A DNA stretch of 64,000 nt from Leucoraja ocellata (GCA_036785375.1 JAWMAR010000340.1:1550001-1614000); one strand, 5' to 3'. Positions 1 to 12,689 are shown, counted from the first letter of the stretch. Made by a program: numbers and translations. Notes: generated by a model not told the origin, from the sequence alone.

Positions 1-738
1 TACCAGGGTTTAGATCCAACATCAATAAAGAACCAACACTATGCTTACCGATCATGCTGATCTGTGACTTAAAGGAGAGCCTGGAGATGGTGTTGTTCCC
101 ATGAATATCATGCTCTTTTCCTCCTTTATGGTAGAGCTCATGAGTTAGGGGTGTTGGCAGAGTCGCCCAAGCAAGTAACTTCAGTGCATTTTGTACATAG
201 CCCACACAGTAGCCACTGCTCTGGTAGTGGAGGGAATGGATGGTTAGGGTGGCCAATAGAGAGCAGATGCATTGTCTTGGATGGTATCAAGCTTCTTGTG
301 AGTTGTTGGCTCTGCAGACAGCTGGAGAGTATTCCATCACAATCCTGACTTGTGAATTGTAGATGTTGGAAATGCTTTGGCATGGCAGTGGGTGAGGCAA
401 TTACTGCAAAATGCTCAGCCTTGGAACCAAAGACTTTTGCTTGGAACTGCTCTTGTCGCCATGGTATTTATGCAACTGCTGTAATTGAGTCTCTGGTTAA
501 TGATGATCACAGAATGTTGATGGTGGGAACGCTGGCATTGTCAGTGAATGTCAAAGGGTGATAATTAGATTCCTTTCTGATGGAGATAGTAATTGCTTGG
601 CACCTTTGTGGTGCAAATGCTATTTGCCATTTAGTAACCAATGAATGAATGTTTTCCAGGTATTGATCTGTGCAGGTTTGGACAACTTCACTTGCCGAGG
701 AATTGCAAATGGAATCAATCATTATGTAATCAGGAAAC
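1..738 (-). mobile_element. Old degenerate non-LTR retrotransposon (CR1/L2-like RT C-terminal region)
   Basis: Minus-strand translation near 507-740 gives KWQIAFAPQRCQAITIS, resembling the W-x-x-x-F-x-x-x-KC motif after the RT core of CR1/L2-group LINEs; broken by stops. Boundaries approximate. Confidence 0.5.
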
Positions 739-1061
739 ATGTTCCCGATGTTGGGGGAGATCAGAACCAGCGGCCACAGTTTAAGAATTAGGAGTAAGCC
801 ATTTAGAACGGAGACGAGGAAACACTTTTTCTCACAGAGAGTGGTGAGTCTGTGGAATTCTCTGCCTCAGAGGGCAGTGGAGACAGGTTCTCTGGATGCT
901 TTCAAGAGAGAGCTAGATAGGGTTCTTAAAAATAGCAGAGTCAGGGGATATGGGGAGAAGGCAGGAATGGGGTACTGATTGGGGATGATCCGTTGAATGG
1001 CGGTGCTGGCTCGAAGGGCCAAATGGCCTACTCCTGCACCTATTGTCTATTGTCTATTGTC
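739..1061 (+). mobile_element. 5'-truncated CR1 LINE 3' end
   Basis: ORF 739-978 reads RTSGHSLRI...FFSQRVVSLWNSLPQRAVE..SLDAFKRELD, the typical CR1 ORF2 C-terminus; followed by a 3' UTR and a (CTATTGT)n tail at ~1040-1061. Confidence 0.9.
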
Positions 1062-1103
1062 TTATCTGTAAATGTCTCCACTCTGACTTTATGATGGTAA
1101 ACT

Positions 1104-1183
1104 GACCCGAAACGTCACCTGTTCCTTCGCTCCATAGATGCTGCCTCACCCGCTGAGTTTCTCCAGCATTTTTGTCTACCTTT
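1104..1183 (+). mobile_element. Penelope-like terminal repeat (pLTR) remnant
   Basis: GACCCGAAACGTCACC...GATGCTGCCTCACCCGCTGAGTTTCTCCAGCATTTTTG is homologous to the copies at 31081 (+) and ~2980-3110 (-); the latter abuts a GIY-YIG-type coding remnant. Confidence 0.7.
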
Positions 1184-1229
1184 GATGAAGAGACTGTTTA
1201 TTTAAATGAGAGGCGCATGTCAGGTTTAG

Positions 1230-1700
1230 GCTGTTAGGATCGAGCAAATCCTTCTGTGAGTATAGGAGGACATTTGAGAAGCCAATCAAGAGGGAAAAAA
1301 GAAGACATGAAATGGAGCTTGCAGGTACAGTAAACGAATATCCGAAAAAAATCTATGGGTATCTTAAGGGTAAAAAGATGGCCAGAATAAGGCAGGATCC
1401 CAAGAAAGATCAGCATTGGGCATCTTTGTGTAGAGCCACAAGAGCCAGGAGAGATGTTAACTGAATTATTCTTGTTATTTTTACAGAGGATAAGGTCAAG
1501 GAAGCTAAGGAATTGTGGCACAGGAATTGTGATGTCTTAGATCATATATGAATTATCAAAGAGGAGGTATTGATGGTATTCAGGTACATTGAGGAGGATA
1601 AACACTAGCATCTGACGAAGTTCATCCTCAAACCTTGTTAGAAGCTAGAGAAAAAACAACAGAGGCTCTTGCAGAGATATTTGCATCATCTTTAGCCATT
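1230..1700 (+). mobile_element. Old CR1 ORF2 internal fragment
   Basis: Diverged similarity to 62560-62920 of the large CR1 (e.g. GGAGAGATGTTAACTGAATTATT vs GGGGAGATATTGAACAATTTCTT; GAGGAGGTATTGA vs GAGGAAGTACTGA). Confidence 0.6.
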
Positions 1701-2284
1701 AAAATCGTTAAATCATTGGCAGGGAAAAAAAGTTACAAAAACTCAAAACTTGAACATGGTGGCTGTAGTCTATTAGAATTATGTAAATAAAAATTAGAGA
1801 CTGCAAGTCAAATCAAATATCCTAAAATGTATGCAGTACGTATCCACATTCACTGTACGTTCATGATCAACTAACAATTTAAAAGGTCTAAATCTGCCAC
1901 GTTCAAATAATGTTTTGTATCTGCTATCTTTTTAGAGCAAGGGAAGCCATGAAAATAGTATTTATACAGCCAATAAAGAAGTACATGGTAGTACCGAGTA
2001 CTGTTGAGCACAAACCAAACATCATATTTGTTAATTAGGAGATGGGGCGGGGAGGGAGTGCTATTGGTAACAAGCAAAAGGCAAACCAATGTGCTCCTGT
2101 AAAAGTGTGTGTGAATTTAAAGAGTCAGCTTTGAGCTGTAAGGAGTAAGGAAAGCTATGTTATTGTTGAGCTAAATAGGTTATTCAGAAGACTGAACTAA
2201 CAATCTGGAGGTGTAGAGTTTAAATCTTGCCATGGCATCTATGTAGTTTAAATTTCTTACGTTAAATAATATCAGTAAGCTCGC

Positions 2285-2810
2285 ATCAGTAATAGTGACC
2301 ATGAAAAAACAAGATAATCATTAAACGCTTCTTTTGTTCATGTATGTCCATCTGAGAAGGAAGCCTGGCATCATTGCCCACTCTTTACGTGATTCCAAAA
2401 CCTCAGCAAAGTGTTGCCTCTTACTTCCCCTGAGAAATGTCTTAGCAAGCCGTTCAATTCCATAGAAACTGCCACATCAAAACACAACAAGAATAAAAAC
2501 AGTCAACGACAGCATCAAACTAGGCAAAATTAGGATATGCTGGTGGCTCAGTGGTTGTTGCTGTTTCAGTGGTCCTGATCGGAGTTCAGATTACAACATG
2601 ATAGATTAATAATCTAGAAAAAAAAATTAAACTACAAAGCTACTCATTAAAAAGGATAACCACAATATTACCAAAGTGTCATAAAAATGCATGTGATTCA
2701 TTAATGCCTTTCTTGGGAGGGATTCAGCCCAGCCTGGCTTGTATAAGAAACCAGAACCAATGATGTGATTAACTCATAAATGGTTGAGCAAGCTATTCAA
2801 TTAACTCATA
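2285..2810 (+). repeat. Two tandem diverged copies of an old SINE-like or LINE-5' repeat
   Basis: 2290-2460 and 2655-2800 share ordered blocks (GTGACCATGAAA/GATAACCACAA; TTCATGTATGTCC/TTCATTAATGCC; AGCAAGCCGTTCAATT/AGCAAGCTATTCAATT). Family uncertain. Confidence 0.35.
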
Positions 2811-2977
2811 ACTGGCATGATGAAATGGAGGAAGAATAAAACCAGATGGGCCGGCCTACATTAACCCAGCCATAGTATTTGGATATAACAATGTCACTTC
2901 CAGATCAATTGTCCTCACAACACATGGAGGCTGTTGTTTAAATTGGGAAAGTTGTCCCATAGACATGCTCATAGAAT

Positions 2978-3520
2978 GATGTAGGAACGAACTGCAAATG
3001 TTGGTTTAAACCAAAGATAGACACAAAATGCTGGAGTAACTCAGCGGGACAGGCAGCTTCTCAGGAAAGAGGGAATGGGTGACGCTTCGGGTCGAGACCC
3101 ATCTTCAAACTGATGTCAGGGAAGAGGGAGATATATAGATAAGGAAATGTAAGGTGTAAAAACAGGACAGAGGGGATGTAAACCAAGGAAAATGTAGTAT
3201 AGATTATTGTTAGCTGGGAGAAGGTAATAAACAAAGCAAACAGAAATAAAATGTAGTCAGAGACAGTCAGACTGGTCGAAGAAATGGGAAATGGGTGGGA
3301 TAGAGAGAGAGGGAATGCAAGGGTTATTTAAAGTTAGAGGTCAATGTTCATACCGCTGGGGTATAAGCTGCCCAAGCGAAATATGAGGTGCTGTTCCTCC
3401 AATTTGCCCTGGGCCTTACTCTGAAAATGGAGAAGGCACAGGACAGAAAGGTCAGTGTTGGAATGGGAGGGGGAGTTAAAGTGTTTAGCAACAAGGAGAT
3501 CAGGTAGGTTTAAGCGGACT
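2978..3520 (-). mobile_element. Penelope-like retroelement 3' fragment (GIY-YIG endonuclease C-terminus plus pLTR)
   Basis: Reverse complement of ~3330-3520 translates to LVAKHFNSPSHSNTDLSVLCLLHFQSKAQGKLEEQHLIFRLGSLYPSGMNID, typical of Penelope endonucleases; followed by a pyrimidine-rich tract and the pLTR with a decayed hammerhead core (3081-3108). Confidence 0.85.
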
Positions 3521-3967
3521 GCTCACTGAATGATACTATGCAGGCAACTTAATCACCTCCTTCAGCACAATCACTGATAGTGACCTCTCCCTCTGGGAGG
3601 AAAGATCCAGCAGAGGAAATAGCACAGTGGCATGCATGCAGAAGGGAGTAACCCTCTCAGCCTTAAACATTGACCATACCCCATATCATCAACCATAGTC
3701 AATGAAACCTTCTTCTAATTATCACTTACTGCCTTTCAACAGATGAACCAGTGTGCCCTCATGTTGAACACCTGCAACTAACACAAAAAGTAGCAGGTAC
3801 TCAGAAAGTATTCCTAATGTCTAAGGGTGGGTTAGTGGTACTACCACCACAGGTTGAGTTCAACAGCTGGCAGATTGAGTCTGTGACTGAAACTGGGGAT
3901 AAACCTACTTTAAATAATTATTCTAAATCTACAGCAGGAGCATCTGTCTATGTTAGGTAGGAGCGCC

Positions 3968-4012
3968 CACACACACACACACTCACACACACACTCTCAC
4001 ACACACACACAC
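3968..4012. repeat. (CA)n microsatellite, interrupted
   Basis: Directly visible CA repeats with two CT interruptions. Confidence 0.95.
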
Positions 4013-4139
4013 TTTTACTTTGTGGTGGCTATGCCCACCAAGAATACCTTCCAGTGTATAATGTGATATTACAATCATGCTAAATGAGATCGACATAAAT
4101 TGGGCACCCATGAGGCACTGTAAACCATTTGTATAGGGC

Positions 4140-4345
4140 AACGTAGATCAGTACAACACAGGAACACACACTTCAGCCCACAATATCCATGCCAATCAAG
4201 ATGCCATGTTAAACTGATTAACACTGCATGCGTGTGATCCATATCCGTCAATTCCCTGCATATCAATGATCATATCCAAAGGCTTCTGATCTGTTGTATC
4301 TGCAACCACCACTACTCCTAGCAATATGTTCCAGGCATCCACTAT
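4140..4345 (-). mobile_element. Old CR1-type 3' tail fragment
   Basis: CAGTACAACACAGGAAC...CTTCAGCCCACAATATCCATGCC is reverse-complement-like to the CR1/HE1 tails at 21740-21790 and 53830-53870. Confidence 0.5.
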
Positions 4346-6504
4346 ATTTCCGCTGCTCCATCTACAACAGCGGAAATGTGCATCGTGACATCTGCAATCT
4401 TGTGTTCCAGCATGTCTGCCATTTTACTGTCACTATCAAGCTAGTGGGTCATGAAAAGCACAAGACATACATGAAACAGAAGTGCCAATCCTTTGAACCT
4501 GCATCACACGATTACCTGCACGCTAAAAAACGAAATCAGTATGCAATAGACCAGGCTAAATGATAACCAATAGATCTGATGAAAGCTCAGTAACCCTGTC
4601 ACATCTAGCCATTAGTGATGGTGGTTAACTACACACCATTAGGAGGAAGAGATTCCCCACGCTTGGTGATAGTGGGACCCAGCTAGTCAGTGCGAAAGGG
4701 ACGGCTGAAGCATTCAAAACTCGAGGTGTCCAATAGATGATCTATCTCAGCTTTCTCCTGATATGCCCATCATCAAAGGAGCCATTCATCATGGATTCTG
4801 ATTCACATAACGAAAGGTCAAGATGCAGCTGGGAACAATCACTATGGCAAAGCCAACAGCATCAGACAACGCCTGAGTCATTGTGTTGAAGTCTTACACT
4901 ATGGAACCAGTACAAATGTAACACCAGCATGATAATCTGGAAAAAAAATTACGTTTTTCTAAACAAAAAATATAGAAAGCCTCCAAAACAGCCTAATTAC
5001 TAACTAAATGGTTTGTTTAATCTATTTGAAGGGAGATTACAAGCAAAGCATCCTAAAATTTAAAACCCCACTATTCTGCACTCAGCATTCAGTAGACATT
5101 CTGAAGAAATATCCTCCAGCCATAGGATGCCACCATTGCAACCCGTTATCACACTAAAACACTGAGGCATAGGAATTTTGGAAGAGTAAGCCAATAGCCT
5201 AGAATAAATTTTGAGGATTTTCATCTCCAATCATGAATCAGTAAACCATTGATTTAGAAAGTAAATGTTGTAAATTATATTGTTTCTTTCTTCAGTAAAG
5301 CACTACATTTATTGTCAAGTTGTTTTACATCATATTGAGCTCAATTACACTTTCAGCAGCAGAGCAACTAATAATTTCATGCAATGTATTAAACTCTCCC
5401 ATTGTGGTCTTTATGTGACATGTATTTCAAATACGTTTAACACTAACATGCTTGATTCAAATTCCTCAAGAAATATAAATCTTAAAATATCAAATATATG
5501 CATTTAATTGGAAGCTGATTGCAATGAAATGGGTACACCTATTTTTTAATGTAAATATTGTCATTCCATCTGTAACGTCTGAATAAAAACCTTCAAAACA
5601 GTTGTCTTTTGAGTTGTTCTTATGAAATCTGTTTGAATGTATTTTAACATTCTGTGATTCCAGCTTTGACTTGTCTGACACTGAAGACTAAATTCTGAGT
5701 GGTCTTGCATTTAATAATCCTTTGTGTGTTGTGTTACACAGTCATTATTTATTTCATGCATTGTAATTTACACTTAACTAGAAATTCCTAAAACTGTTAG
5801 AAGCAGTTATCTGCTGTACTAGAGTCAAATAATTACAATTTTTGCTGCATTATGAATATATTGAGTTAATATAAAGGCTACATGAAAAGGAGAAACCCTG
5901 GCTAATAACCCTCTGATTTTAAATATGTAGTTTAATTAAAACACCATGTTTTATCTATACAATTGTGAATGCTTCTGCTCATAAAATAAAAGGTATCACA
6001 TTAATTATTTTGCCCCAGCCTGTTGTGGGATAGGTCGTAACTGAATGTATCCATTATCCCAAAGTGATTCACTGAGGTTGTAGGAAACAAAATTTGTTGT
6101 GGACTGGTGGTCAAATACTGACTGTGAATGAAAGACAACCATGTAACCAATTATAGTAATATTGCTTTTGCTTTATTATAACAAAATAGGTTCTAAACAT
6201 CTTTACCCATTTTAGATCTATGCTTTGCGGCAGTGAGGAAGTGTACTAAAAGTCTGAGTGATCTAATTAAGATTAATGGTTGAGTTTGGTGAAATTTAGT
6301 TTACCCAACTTCTCCAAAAGGAAATAAAAAGGTCGTGTGCGGTTATCTAACTGGTACACCACAGAAACACATCATACAAACTTAATCCCCTATGCTAAGA
6401 CCCCTAACAGCCCCCCTTCAATTGATCTATAATCAAGACTCTCCATTAATTTATCCTTCGAGTTCTTATCTATCTTCTCTTTATTTGGATCTATGTTATA
6501 TGTC

Positions 6505-6815
6505 TCAGCACAGTGGCATGGTAGTAGAGATGCTGCCTTGCAGTGCCAGAGATCCGAGGTTTGATTCTGACTGTGGGTGCTGTCTGTGCGGAGTTTGTAC
6601 GTTCTTCCTGTGACTGCATGGGTTTTCTCCAGGTGCTCCAGATTCCTCCCACATTCCAAAGACGTACATGTTTGTAGGTTAACTGGCTTCAATAAAATTG
6701 TAAATTGTACCTAGTGGGATAGATCTAATGTATGGGGTGATTGTTGGTCAGTGCGGACTCCGTGGCCCCAAGGGCCAGTTTCCGCACTATCTCTAAAGTC
6801 CAAAGTCTAAAGTCT
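6505..6815 (+). mobile_element. tRNA-derived V-domain SINE (HE1-like)
   Basis: tRNA-like head (GTGGC...GGTAGTAGAG...GGTTTGATTCT), recalled V-core GGAGTTTGTACGTTCT...GGGTTTTCTCCAGGTGCTCC...CCTCCCACATTCCAAAGAC, CR1-like tail ending in (CTAAAGT)-type repeats. Confidence 0.85.
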
Positions 6816-7899
6816 CAAGCCATGCAATAGTACTTTCTACACGCATACGATTATCTGTGTAAAGAAGTTTGTTCTCCAGTCCTCCTTAGATTTATTACTT
6901 CCTTGTAAGCTAACAACTAGTTTTGCTTTTTCCATATGTGGTAACACTTTACTTATATCTACCTTATCAAACTCCTTCATAACTGAAAGCCTTCTATCAG
7001 ATTAGCTGTCAGCCAACTCTTCTTCTACCCACTTTCATATCAGCTCATAAATTTTGCTCAATATCCTGAAAAAAAATTCTAAACCCTCAATTCTACACCA
7101 AAAAAAGATAATGGTATGAAAGCTAACACTAACCAAGTTTTAGATAGAAATTTGCTGCAAAATTAAACCACAAACAATTAGAGCTATTAATTTTATTTTG
7201 AAATGTCTGAATATCAAAAGAATCTAGGCAAGTGATAAAGATTGTTTTTTTACATTGCAATTAATTACAATGAGTTATCACAATATTTCAGTCACAATAT
7301 TCTGAAGCACATTTGAAAAATAAAATAGATGCATTTATTATCCACAAACTATCCAAATTTTCCATAACAAAATTTGTCCAGTTAAAGTCATGTAAAATAA
7401 GATCACACAATTATTAAACTGCACTTCAACTAAATTCAAATTCTACTGTGCTTGTGTCACTGTAAATCTCTCGATAGAAATATGTGCAGTGATTTGAAAC
7501 TACGGTAAACTGCAAATTCTTCACTACTTTGCTCAGGATAATGATCTTGTATTCCACTGTTTTACAAATGGATGTTTTTTGTGGATTCTAGGGTTGTGGT
7601 CCAGTTGTCATTTATGAAGAAGACTATTTCACATTTAATTCTTAATTTCTGGGTCTTTCCTTTTGTTTCCTGCCATGTAATTGATTGACCCATTAAAAAT
7701 ATACAATGCATTAAAAGATTAGGGGCTCACAAAATAATATTTCGTATCATCTTTCAACTTTTAGCTAAATCATTTCTATTGGAGAGGATTACACAGCATT
7801 AACTTGATATACTATTCTCGACTGAAGCAGGTTTCACTAGGTGCGCAGTGGAAATGATATGGACAGTACAAGCTCAACCTTAAATAAATAGATTAACAG

Positions 7900-8110
7900 G
7901 GGGCAGTGCATGATACATTGTGTTAGCATACTGACCTGGGACACAGAGTTGAATCCAGTGCAGACAGATGGGATGAAAAATCTATTTTCCTTCCTAGCAG
8001 TATGGGTTTGATGTGAAATGCCTTTGGGCTTTCACAATCAAGTTTCTTGTGAGTTCAAACATAAATTGCCATTAAATTGGCACTCACATCCAGTCATTAG
8101 AATGGCTAAC
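7900..8110 (+). mobile_element. Ancient SINE remnant resembling LF-SINE
   Basis: Collinear blocks TTGAATCCAGTGCAG, GATGTGAAATG, CAAGTTTCTTGTG and AATTGCCATTAAATTGGCAC match the LF-SINE consensus as recalled; not verified by alignment. Confidence 0.4.
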
Positions 8111-8549
8111 ATTGGAAATAGGAAAATTCACACAGGTACAGCAGGGGTGCATTTCTGAAGTTGGTGTTAAGACTCATTAGTGGGATTAATTATTGGCCAT
8201 AATTCATTATATGAAAGGCTTTGCGGTGTTTCAATGTGACAAGGCTTGGTGTAAGTCAAATACTGTTTATTTATTATTTCCAGGATTGAGAAACCTCTAC
8301 TGAGCGTGTGCCTGTGTAGCATGTAATTCAGGATTAGTTGATGCTAATGATAGCTGCTGAAGTCGAAAATAAATGATAAGATTCATATCGCTAAACCCAA
8401 AACAGAAGAATAAAAAAGAGATTAAAAGTAATTGTGATGAGATTAGATGTACTGTTAAAAGCACAATCTCCGCAGCTTTACATTTGCCATATTTTTAATT
8501 GATTTATGACATGATCAAAATGATTATTTGAATATAGAAACCATAATAA

Positions 8550-8777
8550 TTTAGTGGTCTGAGAAACGACTACTGGAGTTTTCAACAAAGCTTTATTCAC
8601 AAGTTCGGTTGCCAGTATGCAGGTTCTACAGACACGTCTGCCCACAACGGTGGTCAGCGTTGAACTAACGCGCGCAAGTGAAAAACCGCGCGAAACAAGC
8701 AGCCCCTCCCGAGTCACGTGACCGCGGCTTCCGAACGCCGGGTTCGATCTCTGCATGCGCTAGCAAGGGCCGCTACA
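8550..8777 (-). repeat. 3' LTR of the Gypsy element
   Basis: 228 bp, ungapped match to 12704-12931 with 13 substitutions by manual count; AATAAA on minus at 8592-8597; preceded on minus by purine tract GTGGGGGG (PPT, ~8781-8788). Confidence 0.95.
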
Positions 8778-11700
8778 TGGCCCCCCACAGAATCCGCGGT
8801 ATGGAAACGCACGGGTAATCGGATGGTTCGACCGGAACGCGTAGTCCGAGGTCGTGGGGTGAGCGTAACATTAGGGACCGGTAAAACAGGACCAGAGGGG
8901 CGCAAAAAACACGAACGAGGGGCGTAACAAAGGGGACCGGAGAAACGCGACTAGGGGTAACAGAGGGCGGCAAAACGGCTGGTGGTCGTCCTCTACGCCG
9001 TGGAGTAGCCACTGTCACTGGGTTATCCTCGTGGACGTGTGCTGGCTTATGGCGGCTCAAGGAGATGAACTCCTCCTTGCCGCCCATGTCCAACGTGAAC
9101 GTCGAGACACCAGTACTGAGCACCTTGTACGGACCCTCGTACACCTGCTGCAATGGCGAGCGATGAGCGTCTCTATAGAGAAAAACATAAGCACAATCCC
9201 GTAACATAGTAGGCACATGCACCGCAGACGAACCATGCCGGGAAGTGGGAACCGGGACCAAAGGGCGCGCCCTCTCGTGAAGGTCCGCTAACAACGCTGA
9301 GGTTGGAATCTCTTGGTCCTGGGAGACAGGCAAGAAATCCCCGGGAACTCTCAAAACCGAGCCATAAAGCAACTCGGCCGAGGAGGCTTTCAGGTCCTCC
9401 TTAGGCGTTGCTTTGATGCTTAGGAGGACACAAGGTAACTGGTCGACCCAATCAGGGCTGGTGAGTCGAGATTTTAACGCCGACTTAAGGTTGGACTCTG
9501 GGTGATAAGCGGTAGTCTGATGCAGCTTCGCGCCATACAGCTGCACCATACCACACCACAGGGAGGACTTGAACTGGGCCCCACGATCGGTAGTAATATC
9601 TGAGGGGACCCCGAAACGAGTGATCCAATTGGAGACAATGGCCCTCGGGCATGCTTCAGCGGAGGTATCCATTAACGGAATTGCCTCTGCCCCCCTCGTA
9701 AAGCTGTCCACAATGGTCAGTAAGTGGGTAGCCCCGCGCGAACAAGGCAAGGGACCTACCAGGTCGACATGGATGTGCAGGAACCTGCAAAATCCTGCAC
9801 AGGCGGGCACACATGTCTCTGCACTTTGGAGGTCTGGTAGGGGATGCAGGAATGAGCCCATGCAGTGACTTGCTTCCTTAACCTGTGCCAGACGAACTTT
9901 GCCACGACCAAGGCAGTGGTGGCGCGAATGGACGGGTGCACCAGGCTGTGGATGGTGTCATAAACTCGACGCCGCCAAGTGACCGGGACAATGGGACGGC
10001 CTTTGCCCGTGGAGATATCGCAAAGGACTTGTATGCCGGAGGCGCCACAGGGCACTTTAAACAGCTTTAGTCCTGATTCAGCATTGCGGTAAATCTCCAT
10101 ACCGGCATCTGCGTGTTGGGCAGCAGCCAGATCCTCATAATCAACGCTTAGGCAAAATGCTGAGATTTTGGGCAGTGCTGGACGGGACAACGCATCAGCC
10201 ACAACGTTCAGCTTCCCTGCCACATGCCGAATATCAGACGTCAATTCAGAAATGTAGGTGAGGTGCCGTTGCTGTCTGGCAGACCAAGGGTCAGACACCT
10301 TGGTCAAAGCGAACATTAGCGGCTTGTGGTCGATAAATGCGGTGAAGGAAATAATGAAAATGCCGGATTGCTAGGTAAAGTGCGAGGAGCTCCCTGTCGA
10401 AAGTGCTGTATTTAACTTCGGGGGATCGCAGTTGCCTGCTGAAAAATGCCAGCGGCACCCAGCGACTACTTACACGCTGCTCGAGGACGGCGCCTAACGT
10501 TACGTCGGAAGCGTCCACGGTGAGGGCCATTTGGGCTGACGCCCTAGAATGTTCCAGCATAGTGGCGTTGGTCAATGCAGTCTTAGCCCCCTCGAATGCC
10601 TTCTGTGCCTCTTTGGACCAGACAAGGTCCTTGGGCTTACCGGCCAAGCATTGGAATAACGGCCGCATGATGGGGGCTGCAGATGGGACGAATTGGTGGT
10701 GGAAGTTAACCATTCCGAAAAACTCCTGCAGATCCTTGACCGATAGAGGCCTCGGGAAGAGACGGAAACTTTCTCAGGCCGTGGCTGCGCACTGTGGGAG
10801 GTGATGCTATGACCTAAGAAAGAAATGGAGTGCAATCCGAACTGGCACTTCGCAGGGGTGATCACCAACCCGTGTTTGTGCAGCCGTTCGAAAAGTAGGC
10901 GGAGGTCTTGACGTGCTCAAAAAGTAGGCGGAGGAGCTTGACATGATCTGTCTGTGAGGTGCTGGCTACCAGAATATCATCCAGGTAGATGAAAATGAAC
11001 GGCAAACCCTGGTCGACATGATCCATTAGCCTTTGGAACGCCCAAGCAGCGTTCTTCAAGCCAAAAGGCATTCTGAGCCATTCGAAAAGGCCGAAAGGGG
11101 TAATGGTGGCCGTTTTAGGGACGTCGTTGGGGTGGACCGGGATTTGGTTATACCCGCGGATAAGGTCGACCTTCGAGAAGATAGTCGCACCCTCCAGATG
11201 GGCCGAGAAATCCTAGATGTTTGGAACTGGATAACGATCAGCTGTGGTTACTGCATTCAAACGCCTGTAATCACCGCAAGGTCTCCAACCCGCGGACACT
11301 TTGTGCACCATGTGTAACGGGGAAGCCCAGAGGCTATCCGACCGCCGGATGATCCCTAGGTCCTCCATAAGTTGGAACTCATCTCGTGTGATGCACAGTT
11401 TATCGGGCGGGAGATGGTGCACGGGGGCGTGTACCGGTGGCCCCTCGGTGGGAATGTGGTGGACCACGCCATGACGGGGCACGGCCCCGTCGAACTGGGG
11501 CATGAGCAATCCCTGGAAAGTCGGCGAGCAGGGCTGCGAAAGGTTGCTGGATCTCAGCTACCTCATCGAGTTGCTGTAGGTGCATTGACGGGTTGCGCGG
11601 CTTGGCAGGACATGGGTCCGACAGGGACCATGCGTCCACCTCGCCCATCGACTAACGGGGAGAACGCGTGCAAGAAATCGGCCCCCAGGATCGGTTGGGC

Positions 11701-11941
11701 GACATCAGCAATGATAATCTTTCACCTGTACTGGCGGGAGTCGAAATCTAGAATAGTTAACGGCCGAGAGGACGGGTGCTACCTTGCCAGCCCAAATGTC
11801 TCGAGCGCTTGGGGGCAGGATACTGGCATGGGTAGCAGAGTCCACCAGGAAATGGTGGCCGGAATGGCGATCGCAGACGAAGAGGCATTCATTGGGGTTG
11901 ATCGCGTTCACCTCTATGGACGATCGGCTGGGGCGTTTCCC
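8773..11941 (-). pseudogene. Gypsy pol relic (protease, RT, RNase H, integrase), frameshifted
   Basis: Protease FLVDSATHASILP; [33 protein letters not shown]; RNase H LTVDASD...YSTFDRELLA; integrase zinc-finger remnant H-x3-H...C, HVDLVGPLP, TTDRGAQF, AYHPES, GPY motif (YEGPYKVL). Split over at least six frames. Confidence 0.92.
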
Positions 11942-12659
11942 TGAAATGAACAGGGGCTGCGACATCTTCGAGCTTCAGGTCCGTATCGTTGGTAGTAGTA
12001 GCACCATCTGTGTTGACTGTAGACCACTGGCCGCAGCGATTCCTCGTCGGCGCTGGGCTGGGCTTCCTCTTCTTCTCCTCGATGTCGGATTAGCTGCACC
12101 CGTTGTGTGACCAGGGGGCGGGCAAAAGCGAAAATGTCCCACCGCCTGTGCGCCCACAGTTCATCAGCTCTCTCCGCGAGCCGTTGAGGGTCGTTGAAAT
12201 CAGCTCCGGCGAGCATTAGCTGTACTTCGTCGGGCATCTGCTCTAAGAACGCCTGTTCGAAAAGCTGGCAAGGTCGGTGCTCATCCATCAGGGCCAAAAT
12301 CTTTGCCATGATGGTTGATGGCTGCCGGTCGCCGATACAGTCCATATATAGCAGCCTTGCCGCCCTGTCTCTGCGGGTAAGGCTGTAAGCGTGGAATAAC
12401 AGGGCCTTCAACCCTTCGTACTTGCGCTGGATGGAGGGTCTCTGATATAGGGCAACAGCCACGAGGCACAGTCCTGTGGCAATGCGCCCACCACATGGAA
12501 ATACATGGTGTCGTCCGCGTCGATGCGATGTAGGTGGAACTGTGCCTCAACATGGGTGAACCGCACTTGAGGTTGATCAGGCCAAAAGGCTGGCAGTTTG
12601 AAGGCCGTTGTGCCCCGCCTCGTGCTGGCTGATTCTGCGGGAACACTCTCTTCCTGCAT
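11914..12659 (-). pseudogene. Gypsy gag relic
   Basis: FKLPAFWPDQPQVRFTHVEAQF N-terminal motif (12408-12659); frameshift into 11914-12462, which ends in the WCYYYQRYGPEARRCRSPC knuckle-like motif. Confidence 0.88.
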
Positions 12660-12689
12660 AATTCTTCTTGTCTAACGATGGCTAGACAG

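Noticed and set aside
9569-12388. Several plus-strand ORFs inside the Gypsy element
   Set aside because: Antisense shadows of GC-rich gag/pol sequence with no motifs.
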